A stretch of 64,000 bases of DNA. It comes from an uncultured archaeon. Lineage in GTDB: Archaea > Asgardarchaeota > Lokiarchaeia > Sigyniarchaeales > SOKP01. The notes below the pieces were generated by a model that searched no databases, was not told the DNA's origin, and saw nothing but the letters and a program-made list of their open reading frames with translations. The position numbers and the translations under genes were made by a program. Of the stretch, positions 29,870 through 39,817 are shown in pieces. The stretch lies in contig CAZGJX010000009.1 of the NCBI GenBank assembly GCA_964525635.1, positions 1 through 64,000 of the forward strand, read 5' to 3'. Position 1 is the stretch's first letter; the number at the start of each line of letters is the position of its first letter.

Positions 29870-31162
29870 TTGTATAACATTCTATATTTTCCAACTAGAT
29901 ATTTTCCAGCTATTTCTGGTGCTGAATTTTATCTGCAGCGGATGGCTGAAATTCTTTCATCAAACTATAATTATAATATTGATATATATACTTCTGATGC
30001 TGTTGATTTCAAAGCATTGAGAGATCCTACCGGTAGAAAAATAAATATATTTAATAAATACTTCGAAAATGTAAATGGTTTAAATATTAGAAGATTACCA
30101 ATAAATTATCATAAGCCTATTTCAGATAAAATAGATCAAATTAAAAATTTAATTGAATTTACAAATTTAAAGATATCTGATGATTGCTTAATTAATTTAA
30201 TGAAAAATGGTCCTTTCTTAGAAGATTTAATTTTTGAAATAAGAAATAACTCAATACCAAACTATGATTTAATCCATACAACTTTTTTCCCGTATTTCAA
30301 TCTTTTATTGGGATTATTAATTGGAAAACATATAAAAAAAACAACAATATGCACCCCTTTCTTCCATTTTTCAAATCCTAGATATTTAAATGCTTCACTT
30401 ACTGAAATATTAGAACATTATGATTTAATAATTGCTTGTACAAATATGGAAAGAAAAATACTTATAGAAAACTTTGGTTTGAATAAAAATAAGATAAGAG
30501 TTATCCCTATGGGTGTAGATTATAATAGATTTGATAATATTCATGTTTCAAAATTTAATGATTACTATTTTAAAGAGACATTTTTCAACGAAAAAGAAAA
30601 AAAATTTAAAATGATTCTTTATTGTGGATATAAAAATTATGAAAAAGGGGCAATATCAATATTAAAAGCAATACCAAATATTATTGAAAAAGAGAAAAGA
30701 GTATATTTTGTATTTATTGGACCATCAACAAGAGCATTTAATAGAGAAATATCAAAAATAAAAAGAATAAAAGATACACGAATAATTAATTTTACACCAG
30801 ATAATTTAACTGGATTTTATGATAAGAAAAAATTAACAGCTTTTAAAGAAACGGATATCTATCTAATGCCAAGCAGAACTGATGCGTTTGGGATTTCATT
30901 CTTAGAAGCATGGGCCTCTGGAAAACCCGTTATTGGAGCAAATATCGGTGCAACACCCGAAATTATTAAAGATAATCAAGATGGATTATTGGTGGAATTT
31001 AATAATCCAATTGATATTGCTAAGAAGGTTATTAAATTATTGCGGAATAAAAGATTAAGAAAAAAACTTGGTAACCATGGTAGAAATAGAGTTATACATA
31101 ATTACACATGGGATATTGTTGCCAAAAAAACACATGAACTTTATAATGAAATAATAAATTAA
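29870..31162 (+). CDS. Glycosyltransferase family 4
   Basis: MPSRTDAFGISFLEAWASGKPVI. Confidence 0.9.
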   Translation: MYNILYFPTRYFPAISGAEFYLQRMAEILSSNYNYNIDIYTSDAVDFKALRDPTGRKINIFNKYFENVNGLNIRRLPINYHKPISDKIDQIKNLIEFTNLKISDDCLINLMKNGPFLEDLIFEIRNNSIPNYDLIHTTFFPYFNLLLGLLIGKHIKKTTICTPFFHFSNPRYLNASLTEILEHYDLIIACTNMERKILIENFGLNKNKIRVIPMGVDYNRFDNIHVSKFNDYYFKETFFNEKEKKFKMILYCGYKNYEKGAISILKAIPNIIEKEKRVYFVFIGPSTRAFNREISKIKRIKDTRIINFTPDNLTGFYDKKKLTAFKETDIYLMPSRTDAFGISFLEAWASGKPVIGANIGATPEIIKDNQDGLLVEFNNPIDIAKKVIKLLRNKRLRKKLGNHGRNRVIHNYTWDIVAKKTHELYNEIIN

Positions 31163-31176
31163 GAAAATGAACAAAA

Positions 31177-32397
31177 ATGAAAAAAATTTCAGGAAATCCT
31201 TATCTAAAGGTAGATAAAAAAAAGATTTTCGTAGATTTCGTAGATTTGGATAAATTATTGAATCTTTATCCTACACCTTTCATGATATTTATTGAAAATA
31301 GAATTAGAGATAATATTAGAACATTTAATAGAGTTTTTAATGATATATTTGAAAATTTTGAAGGATATTATTCTATCAAAGCAAATTTTCTTCCCTCTAT
31401 ATGCAACATTATACAAGAAGAAAAAGTTGGAGCAGAAATTATCAGCTTACCAGAATTGGAATTATGTTTGACTATGGGATTTAAACCCAATCAAATTATT
31501 ATTGGGGGACCATATTTGCCAAATAATTTAATTAAAACATCTATTCATAATTCATTAAAAGAGATAATTGTATATGATTTAAAGGATATTGAGAGGATTG
31601 ATTTAATTGCAAAAGATTTTGATATAATTCAAAATATTTGTTTAAGGATAAATTCAAATAAATATGATAGCAAGTTAGGAATTGAGATAACATATGAAAG
31701 TGCTAACCATTTAAAAAAAATATTAGAAAAATGTCAAAATGTTAGAATTTCTACTATTCTTTCCCATTATGGTTCTCAAATGAATAATATAAATCAATAT
31801 CTTTTTAATCTCAAGATAATCTTAAAATCCTTGAATATATTAAAAGAAAATGGAATTAATATAAAGAATATAAATTTAGGAGGAGGTTTTCCCGAAGCTA
31901 CAGTTATGCCTGAACATCAATTAAAATTAATCGCAAGGGAATTAAAAAAAGAAATTGATATAAATCAACTTGAATATGAAAAGATTATTTTTGAACCTGG
32001 TAGATATTTTGTTGGTGATGCGGGAGTTTTTATTGCAGAAATAATAAAAACCACTGAAAAAAGATGGATCTTTTTAAATTTAGGTAATCATATTTGTCCA
32101 AAATTTGCTCGATGCTCATTAAGATTTTATAATATATCTCAAATAGATTCTCCTCATAAATATAAGACATCTATAGCAGGGATTATCCCCTCGGAACAAG
32201 ATGTACTTGCGAAGGGCTATTTTCTAACAGAAAAAATAAAAGAAGGGAATCATATTCTTATAAATAACGTAGGAGCATATTGTCTAACATTTTCTAGTCG
32301 CTTTCCTTATCTTTTACCACATATCCTTCTAGTTAAAAATGATGAATTTGAAGAGATTTTTAATCCAAAAGAAAATAGAGATTTTTCACTAAATTAA
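31177..32397 (+). CDS. lysA: Diaminopimelate decarboxylase family PLP enzyme
   Basis: YSIKAN, SKLG, HYGSQ, NLGGGFP, FEPGRY, VGAY. Confidence 0.75.
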   Translation: MKKISGNPYLKVDKKKIFVDFVDLDKLLNLYPTPFMIFIENRIRDNIRTFNRVFNDIFENFEGYYSIKANFLPSICNIIQEEKVGAEIISLPELELCLTMGFKPNQIIIGGPYLPNNLIKTSIHNSLKEIIVYDLKDIERIDLIAKDFDIIQNICLRINSNKYDSKLGIEITYESANHLKKILEKCQNVRISTILSHYGSQMNNINQYLFNLKIILKSLNILKENGINIKNINLGGGFPEATVMPEHQLKLIARELKKEIDINQLEYEKIIFEPGRYFVGDAGVFIAEIIKTTEKRWIFLNLGNHICPKFARCSLRFYNISQIDSPHKYKTSIAGIIPSEQDVLAKGYFLTEKIKEGNHILINNVGAYCLTFSSRFPYLLPHILLVKNDEFEEIFNPKENRDFSLN

Positions 32398-32637
32398 ATT
32401 TTGAATGATGTTTTTTTTTTATTTTTAAATATAAATAGATTCTATAAAGATGATATTTAATATTATCAGAAAAATTCATAATTTAATTAACATACATTTT
32501 TAATAAGAGGATTTAGAGATTCATATTATAAACAATAATTATAAAATATTCCCTATAATATACAGATATTATAAAATTTCTAATTTTTATTGAACTTCTC
32601 TTTTTTTAACTACACATTAAAATATTAACGTGATTTT

Positions 32638-33744
32638 ATGGATTCATTTATAAAAAATGCTCGTAATAGAGTTATCACTCGACCGGACCGACATAATATA
32701 GGATATGCTAATATAAAAATAGTAGGTGCTGGAGGCGCCGGAAATAATACAATCAATCGATTAATGAATATAGGGATTAGAGGAGCAAAATGTGTAGCTA
32801 TAAACACTGACCATCAACATCTTGATATGATTGAATCTCATATTAAGATATTAATTGGTAAAAACTTAACTCGTGGATTAGGTGCTGGGGGCAATCCTGA
32901 AATTGGTAGAGCTGCAGCTGAGGAAAGCCGTGAAGAATTAACAAAAATATTAAGAGAATCTGATTTAGTCTTTATAACCTGTGGTGAAGGAGGAGGTACT
33001 GGAACAGGCAGTGCACCAATTATAGCGGAAATCGCAAAAAAAGAAAATGCAATTGTAGTCGGAGTAGTTACACTTCCTTTTAATTCAGAAGTTGGTAGAA
33101 TTGATAAAGCACAAAAAGGACTAAATCAATTAAAACAATTTGTAGATACATTAGTAGTTATTGATAATAACAGATTATTAGAGATTGCTCCCGATCTTCC
33201 AATTATTGAAGCATTTAGTGTTGCTGATGAAGTTTTAGCAACAATGGTAAAAGGTATAACAGAAACTATTTCATTACCTTCATTAATAAATTTAGATTTT
33301 GCAGATGTTAAAACAATTCTAGGGACGGGTGGAGTTACCCTTGTTGGTATAGGAGAATCAAGTAATAAAGAAAATCGAGTAATTGAAGCTATAGAGGATG
33401 CTCTTAGTTCTCCTTTATTAGAGGTGGATATAGAAGGGGCTAAAGGGGCTCTAATTCATATTTGTGGGGGCAATGATATGACTTTAGCAGAAGCTAATGC
33501 TGTAGCATCAAAAATATCTGAAAAAATGGCGATGAGAGACTCTATGGTGATCTGGGGAGCACGGGTAAGTGATGAATTTGAAGGATATCTAAGGGTTATG
33601 TTATTAATCACAGGTATAAAATCTCCACAAATATTCGGTAATGATCATACTCAACAACCCTTAAAATCCCATGGATCGTTCCCAAAAAATAAGATTGGAT
33701 TATCTAATGAAATATTTAACATTAATGAAATCAGATTTGACTAA
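32638..33744 (+). CDS. ftsZ: Cell division protein FtsZ
   Basis: GAGGAGNN, GGGTGTG, INLDFADV. Confidence 0.97.
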   Translation: MDSFIKNARNRVITRPDRHNIGYANIKIVGAGGAGNNTINRLMNIGIRGAKCVAINTDHQHLDMIESHIKILIGKNLTRGLGAGGNPEIGRAAAEESREELTKILRESDLVFITCGEGGGTGTGSAPIIAEIAKKENAIVVGVVTLPFNSEVGRIDKAQKGLNQLKQFVDTLVVIDNNRLLEIAPDLPIIEAFSVADEVLATMVKGITETISLPSLINLDFADVKTILGTGGVTLVGIGESSNKENRVIEAIEDALSSPLLEVDIEGAKGALIHICGGNDMTLAEANAVASKISEKMAMRDSMVIWGARVSDEFEGYLRVMLLITGIKSPQIFGNDHTQQPLKSHGSFPKNKIGLSNEIFNINEIRFD

Positions 33745-33872
33745 TTTAAAAGTAATTACCTATATCTATTTTTATTGAAAAACTTAAAGAGAGTTTTTTT
33801 TTAGTAATTATTATCTTGAATATCTCCAACTTTTCAATAAATGTTATATATATTAATTTAGAATAATTATTT

Positions 33873-34433
33873 TCAAAATTCTGGTTTATATAATTGCTTA
33901 AAGCGTTCTTTTTTCTTCTCACTATATTTATTTTCAAGGAATTTTAGAACGACATGATGAGGCATCCCTTTAATTATCATATTTATTGCTTTTCTGGCAA
34001 TTAGAAGATTTTCATAATCTGCAATTACTGATATAGTTTTACCGAAAACTGAGATAACACATTCAGCATACTTTTCGATTGCTTTACGTATTTCACCATT
34101 TCTTCCAATAAGTCTACCTTTTATCCTTTTTATTTTTTTATCTGATTTACCCAAAACCGAAATAAGATTAAATATTTCTAATTCATATTCTTCATCCATT
34201 AATCTAAATGCTTTATTTGGATTGAATCCTCTATTAATTGCTTCGATTATTTTTTGAGCTATTAAGATATTCAATGGATCAAAATTTTCATTTTTTAGAT
34301 CTTGTTTAATTTCAACTTCTCCATTTTCACTCTTAATATCTATAATTATTCCCAATTTCTCTTCTATCTCTTTTTTAGTTTCTCCATTTTTTCCGATTAC
34401 AACAGCTATCCTTGAATTGTTTAATTTCAACAT
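33873..34433 (-). CDS. KH-domain pre-rRNA processing protein (Dim2/Pno1)
   Basis: IGKNGETKK, AINRGF, RIKGRLIGRNG. Confidence 0.9.
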   Translation of the reverse strand: MLKLNNSRIAVVIGKNGETKKEIEEKLGIIIDIKSENGEVEIKQDLKNENFDPLNILIAQKIIEAINRGFNPNKAFRLMDEEYELEIFNLISVLGKSDKKIKRIKGRLIGRNGEIRKAIEKYAECVISVFGKTISVIADYENLLIARKAINMIIKGMPHHVVLKFLENKYSEKKKERFKQLYKPEF

Positions 34434-34739
34434 TTTTCCTCTTTTAGCTATTTTTAAATTTAATTATAAAAATCATCATCTATAATATCTTAATCATTGA
34501 TTATTTATGAAATCTATATATTACAAATCAAATCAAATAAAAATATTTAAATATACATCAGAAATCTTGGATTCTAATAATATTAAATTATATTTATTAA
34601 TTTAAATAATATTCAAATTAAAATTTTAGAAACTCATTATAATCTATAAAATTTTTATGATAACTCCAATTTTAATAAGATTTTTTAATATATCCTTCAT
34701 ATAATAATTCTAAGATTTGAATATGAAAAATGATCTAAA

Positions 34740-35765
34740 TTGAATTCTGAAGATATTAATTTTTATGAACTTGGTTTTAGTTTTATTGAAACAAAACAGA
34801 TTTTTATTTCTAATTTTAAAAATGGTGAATGGGATGAAGGTAAGTTAATACCATTTAGTCCAATCGAAATTTCTCCAGCAGCTTGTATATTAAATTATGG
34901 ACAAGGTGTTTTTGAAGGAATGAAAGCATTAAAAGCAAAAAATGGCGACATTGTTTTATTCCGACCAACTGAAAACGCAAAAAGGCTAAACTTGAGTGCT
35001 AAACGATTATTAATGCCTACTTTTAATGAGGAGAAATTCATAGATGCTGTGAAAAAAGTAGTAAATGGAAATAAAGAATATGTCCCTCCTTTTGATAGTG
35101 GTGGTGCTTTATATATTCGCCCATTAATGATTGGAAGTGGACCAATATTAGGAGTTTCTCCTGCTGATGAATATATCTTTATAATATTTACAGTTCCAGT
35201 CGGACCTTATTTTCCAGAAGGATTTAAAGCAATCAACTTAGAAATATCAAAAGAATATACAAGGGCCGCTCCTGGAGGTACGGGGTTTGCAAAAACCTGT
35301 TGTAATTATGCTGGAACCATGAAACCTGCTAAAGAAACAAAAGCTAAAGGATTTGCTCAAATAATTTATTTAGATGCTGCAAATATGAAATATATTGATG
35401 AAGTTGGTACTGCTAACTTTTTTACTGTTATTGAAGATAAACTTGTCACACCAAAATTAAAAGGAACAATACTCCCTGGTATTACAAGAAAATCTGTTCT
35501 AGAAATTACAGAGAAGAAACTAGGATTGAAAACTGAGGAGAGAGATATTTCATACGAAGAATTATTTCAAGAATCTTGTTCTGAAGCTTTTTGCACTGGT
35601 ACTGCCGCAGTTATTACACCAATTGGCTCAGTTGCAATCAATGATAAAAAAAGAGTATTTAATAATAATGAACCTGGAGAAATTACAAAGAAACTCTATA
35701 AACTTTTAACATCTATACAAAGATTAGAAATTGATGATGAATTTAATTGGATAGTTAAAATTTAA
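34740..35765 (+). CDS. ilvE: Branched-chain amino acid aminotransferase
   Basis: NYGQGVFEGMKA, LYIRP, LPGITR, GTAAVITP. Confidence 0.95.
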   Translation: MNSEDINFYELGFSFIETKQIFISNFKNGEWDEGKLIPFSPIEISPAACILNYGQGVFEGMKALKAKNGDIVLFRPTENAKRLNLSAKRLLMPTFNEEKFIDAVKKVVNGNKEYVPPFDSGGALYIRPLMIGSGPILGVSPADEYIFIIFTVPVGPYFPEGFKAINLEISKEYTRAAPGGTGFAKTCCNYAGTMKPAKETKAKGFAQIIYLDAANMKYIDEVGTANFFTVIEDKLVTPKLKGTILPGITRKSVLEITEKKLGLKTEERDISYEELFQESCSEAFCTGTAAVITPIGSVAINDKKRVFNNNEPGEITKKLYKLLTSIQRLEIDDEFNWIVKI

Positions 35766-35842
35766 AAATTAAATTTTTATTTCTATTTAATTTAGCTTTT
35801 AAACTGATTTGATTTTTTTGTATATTTCTAAAAAAACTATTA

Positions 35843-36154
35843 TTATTTAATTTTCAATGAAGGCCAATCAATTCTCTGTTCTTTACATTTTGGACATTTT
35901 GAAGGGATTTTTAATTCAAAACCTTTCTGTCTAAAAATATAACCACAAGCTGAACAGGAAGCAGGAAGTACAAAAATCTGTCTTCCTTCACTTATTATTG
36001 TTTTTGCAATGTGAGCAATATCATTTATTAATGATTTTTTATTTGGATATTCCATTTGTGTCATTAGAGCTTTTAGATCGTTAATTTCAACAGTATCCTC
36101 TAATATACTTAAAAGTCTCTGACGTCGAGTTTTCCATTTATTAATCTCACTCAT
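35843..36154 (-). CDS. HTH plus Zn-ribbon transcriptional regulator
   Basis: TRRQRLL..L, DIAHIAKT, PASCSACGY.F..PSKCPKCK. Confidence 0.8.
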   Translation of the reverse strand: MSEINKWKTRRQRLLSILEDTVEINDLKALMTQMEYPNKKSLINDIAHIAKTIISEGRQIFVLPASCSACGYIFRQKGFELKIPSKCPKCKEQRIDWPSLKIK

Positions 36155-36518
36155 TATTAATTTAAATTAATATTGAATTTTGAATATAACTTTTATTTTT
36201 TGGCCAAATTTTTAATGATATAGTCTTAAAGCTTCTTAAAATTTCTATAAAAACTTATGAAAATCATTAAATTCCAATTCTTATTGCATTTGTATCTCAT
36301 TTTTATTATTAATCTTATAGTTCTTTTAATAAATATTATATTAATGTTCTGAAATCTAAATATTTATGATTTTTACAATGATTTGACAAATTATTAATAA
36401 TTTGATATAAAATTAAAAAAACAGAGTGAGCCTTATAATATAAATAGTAACTGCATTTTTTGTTTAAAAGTATTTGAATATATTATAATCTAAAAAAAAG
36501 GATTTTTAAGGATAAAAA

Positions 36519-37019
36519 TTGAGTGTTATAAACATTATAAAATTTAAAAAAATATGTGATTTCTTAGGTATAGAAACTGAAGCAAAGGAAGATTTTACCA
36601 AAAGATTAGTACTACAAAAATTATTTTACTTCATTCAAAAACTTGGAATAGATCTAGACATTAAATATAATTTCTATAAATATGGACCATATTCACCAGA
36701 TTTAACAGATATATATTATTCAGTTATGAACTTAACTAAACAAGAATTTAATTATTTTCCAGATATTACATTCACCAAACAGGAAAGAATTATAATTGAT
36801 AAATTAAATAATATCTATAAAAAATGGGGTAATGATATTGATAAATTAGAATTCTATGCCAGTGTCTTATATATTTATAAGGATATGTACATAAAAAACA
36901 CAGATAAAGAGGGCGTTAAAAAAGTTGTCAACAAATTAAAACCAAAACTTTTTAGTAAGTTTAATTTTGAAGAAGTATTAGAAGAGTTAAAATTCCAAGG
37001 TTTTTTGAACTTGTGTTAA
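36519..37019 (+). CDS. YwgA/Panacea-like winged-helix protein
   Basis: RLVLQKLFYFIQ..Y.FYKYGPYSPDL..LEFYAS. Confidence 0.65.
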   Translation: MSVINIIKFKKICDFLGIETEAKEDFTKRLVLQKLFYFIQKLGIDLDIKYNFYKYGPYSPDLTDIYYSVMNLTKQEFNYFPDITFTKQERIIIDKLNNIYKKWGNDIDKLEFYASVLYIYKDMYIKNTDKEGVKKVVNKLKPKLFSKFNFEEVLEELKFQGFLNLC

Positions 37020-37038
37020 AAACTTATGATTCAAAAAA

Positions 37039-38436
37039 ATGTACCGAAAAATTAATGATCCAGTGTTTGGATTAATAGAATTAAATAAAGTAGAATCTCA
37101 TATTGTAGATACACCTATTTTTCAGAGATTAAGATATATAAAACAATTAGCTCTCGCGAATTATATATATCCATCTGCAAATCATGATAGATTTTCCCAT
37201 TGTTTAGGTGTTTTTCATTTAACCAATAGAATTTGTAAAGTATTAAACAAAAAGAATAATAATCTCCTTGATGATTTTAATGTTAGAAACTTAAAAATGG
37301 CCGCATTATTACATGATTTAGGTCATTCTCCCTTCTCACATGCCCTTGAATTTCATAGTAAAAGAGATGACTTCAATATAGATAAATTCCCTTTTTTTTT
37401 AAAAATACCTCATGAAGAATTTGGATCTTATTTAATTAAACATTCCTATATTAAAGATATTTTAGAAGAGCATAATTATGATGTCAAATTAATATGTAAT
37501 TTAATTGAAGGTAATGATATAGAGAATTTGATTTTAAGTAGGATTATAAATTGGGAATTAGATTCTGATAGACTTGATTATATTTTAAGAGATTCGTTTT
37601 TTACTGGAGTTGGATTTGGAAATATTAATTACCATTATCTATTAAATAGTTTCAAATGTTATAAGAATAAAAGAATAGTAATTGATAGTAAAGCAATTAG
37701 AGATATTGAACATTTCATTATTTCAAGATTCTCCTTACATGATAGGGTATATACACATAAAACAGGATCATACTTTACATTTATGTTGACATATTCTGCG
37801 CATTATTCCATTATAAACGAATATTTTCCTCCCTTTAGGAGTAAAAATGAATTAAATAATATCATTTCAGACAAGGATAGTTCCAAAGAATTTCTTAAAT
37901 TCTCAGACTTTTATTTATTCAATATTATATACAACTTATATTCTAAATTTAAAGAATCTACCAAGCAGGATAATATCAAATTATCTCGACTTATAGAAAC
38001 AATAATTTATCGAAAAAAGAATTATAAGATATTGAAATACTCAATATTTACTTCTAAATCTGAATCAGAAACAGATATTTTAAAGTTTAAAATTAGAAAT
38101 CTCCTTAAAGATCTTATGGAGCAATATCCATATGAGATATTTGTTCATACACCAAAGAATATATTTACAAAGTATTTATCCACTAAAATACCTCCCTCTG
38201 ATGCTATCGATGAAAATGAAGAGAAATTAAAAGAGGAAAAGGAACGGACAATTTGGATTCAAGAAAAAAATAAAAATCCTGAGATTTTTTATAGAAGTAA
38301 TGAAACATTTTTCAGAAAAATACATGAATTTGGAATTACGAAAGTTTTAATTTATCTCAATAAAGATAATGATGATTTGATAAAAAAATATAAAGCTATT
38401 GAATCAAAAATAACAAAAATAATCTTTAATAATTAA
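37039..38436 (+). CDS. HD-domain phosphohydrolase (SAMHD1/YwfO-like)
   Basis: DPVFG, FQRLRYIKQL, HDRFSHCLG, LLHDLGHSPFSH, DSDRLDY..RD. Confidence 0.9.
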   Translation: MYRKINDPVFGLIELNKVESHIVDTPIFQRLRYIKQLALANYIYPSANHDRFSHCLGVFHLTNRICKVLNKKNNNLLDDFNVRNLKMAALLHDLGHSPFSHALEFHSKRDDFNIDKFPFFLKIPHEEFGSYLIKHSYIKDILEEHNYDVKLICNLIEGNDIENLILSRIINWELDSDRLDYILRDSFFTGVGFGNINYHYLLNSFKCYKNKRIVIDSKAIRDIEHFIISRFSLHDRVYTHKTGSYFTFMLTYSAHYSIINEYFPPFRSKNELNNIISDKDSSKEFLKFSDFYLFNIIYNLYSKFKESTKQDNIKLSRLIETIIYRKKNYKILKYSIFTSKSESETDILKFKIRNLLKDLMEQYPYEIFVHTPKNIFTKYLSTKIPPSDAIDENEEKLKEEKERTIWIQEKNKNPEIFYRSNETFFRKIHEFGITKVLIYLNKDNDDLIKKYKAIESKITKIIFNN

Positions 38437-38625
38437 AACATATATAAAATCACAAATTCTTACCTAATATTTATTTGAATGATAAAATAAGAACTCCATA
38501 TCATTAAATTTTGGAGATTTAAATCGATATATTTTTTATTTTTTTACATAACAATAAATTAATTCTCTCTAATCGTTTAGATGTTATTCTTAAAATATAA
38601 TAAATATTAAAATTTAAATTATCAG

Positions 38626-39570
38626 TTGATTTTTAAAATGCAAATGGTTGATTCATATTCAAATTTCATGATATTTAAATTAAAAAATAATGGTGAAAGA
38701 GTCAAACTAAGTATAACCGAAGATGAATTCATTAAAGACAATGCAGCTGAAACATTAGATTCTACGCAAGTATTGATAATAATCAAAGAAGAAATTAGGA
38801 GAATCTATATCTGGAAAGGTTATGAATCATCTGTTAGGAAGAAATTTATCGCATCTAGAGTTGCAAGAGATTTACAAAACGAGTTAATACAATATGCACA
38901 TTATCACCGATGCAAAATAATCTCTGTAGATCAAGGTGATGAACCAGATGAATTTCTTAAAACTTTCAATCTAAAACAACAAAAAATAGAAAGAATAGAA
39001 GAAAAAGTTCAAGATATTCAAGAAGATATAATTAAGAGCTCAGTACCTATCTCAAGATATTTTCCTCAAAGAAAAATTAAAACTACACCTCCTCCTAATT
39101 ATAGTCATAAATCTACTGAAAGTAGAAAAAAAATGACTGGTATTAATGATACTGAATTACTTGAAAAAATCCTAAATATTGAACAAACACCAAACTATAA
39201 GAGAAAGCACATTTTAATTGGAATAGCTAAATTATATGGACTTATAAAAAAGAAATCTGAAGTATTTGGACAACAAATAGAAAAAGAAGAATGGGAAGAA
39301 ATAACTAAATTTCCAAAAGAAATCATTGAATTAAATAATTATAAATTACGCATCCATATTAATCCTCAAAATAAAAATGTAAATGCTATTGAAATTTTAA
39401 AAAATATCTCTAAAGTAGCAGAGAAGAAAGTAAAAATAGAATATGATTTTGAAAAATGGACAGTCGCCTACTTAAGACAATTCTGCAAAGAACATAATAT
39501 AAAAATTCCTTCTGGATGTAAAAAAAATGATATTTTAAAAAATATTAGAGATTATGTTAAATCTCAATAA
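38626..39570 (+). CDS. Gelsolin-domain protein with C-terminal HeH/SAP-like motif
   Basis: LD..QVLII....RIYIWKG..SSVRKKFIASR..VDQGDEP.EF; C-terminal WTVAYLRQFCKEHNI..SG.KK.DIL. Confidence 0.7.
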   Translation: MIFKMQMVDSYSNFMIFKLKNNGERVKLSITEDEFIKDNAAETLDSTQVLIIIKEEIRRIYIWKGYESSVRKKFIASRVARDLQNELIQYAHYHRCKIISVDQGDEPDEFLKTFNLKQQKIERIEEKVQDIQEDIIKSSVPISRYFPQRKIKTTPPPNYSHKSTESRKKMTGINDTELLEKILNIEQTPNYKRKHILIGIAKLYGLIKKKSEVFGQQIEKEEWEEITKFPKEIIELNNYKLRIHINPQNKNVNAIEILKNISKVAEKKVKIEYDFEKWTVAYLRQFCKEHNIKIPSGCKKNDILKNIRDYVKSQ

Positions 39571-39669
39571 TTTTTTAATTACTTACAATATTTTAACTTA
39601 TTTTAATAACAATATGTTTCTATCTATATTTATTCACTAACTTTTTGATATAATAATAGTTAAAATAAT

Positions 39670-39758
39670 AAGAAAAAAAGGATCTTAGGAACTACTCCCT
39701 ACTTGTTATGTTTTCTTTTTCATACATCATTAAGCCATTGCGTTCTAAGCCTGAACCA
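39670..39758. repeat. Conserved non-coding element, copy A (core only)
   Basis: AAGAAAAAAAGGATCTTAGGAACTACTCCC..TTATGTTTTCTT.TTCATACATC..CCATTGCGTTCTAAGCCTGAACCA; shared with copies near 43344 and 63618. Confidence 0.9.
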
Positions 39759-39817
39759 TAATATTTTTAAAGAGAAAAAAATATTAAGGAAGATCATATT
39801 GGAATAACAAAATCAAA

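Noticed and set aside
39689-39760. Repeat core as a coding remnant (GSGLERNG in copies A and C)
   Set aside because: The frame diverges right after this motif (stop in C, read-through in A) and there is no start context; cannot be fully excluded
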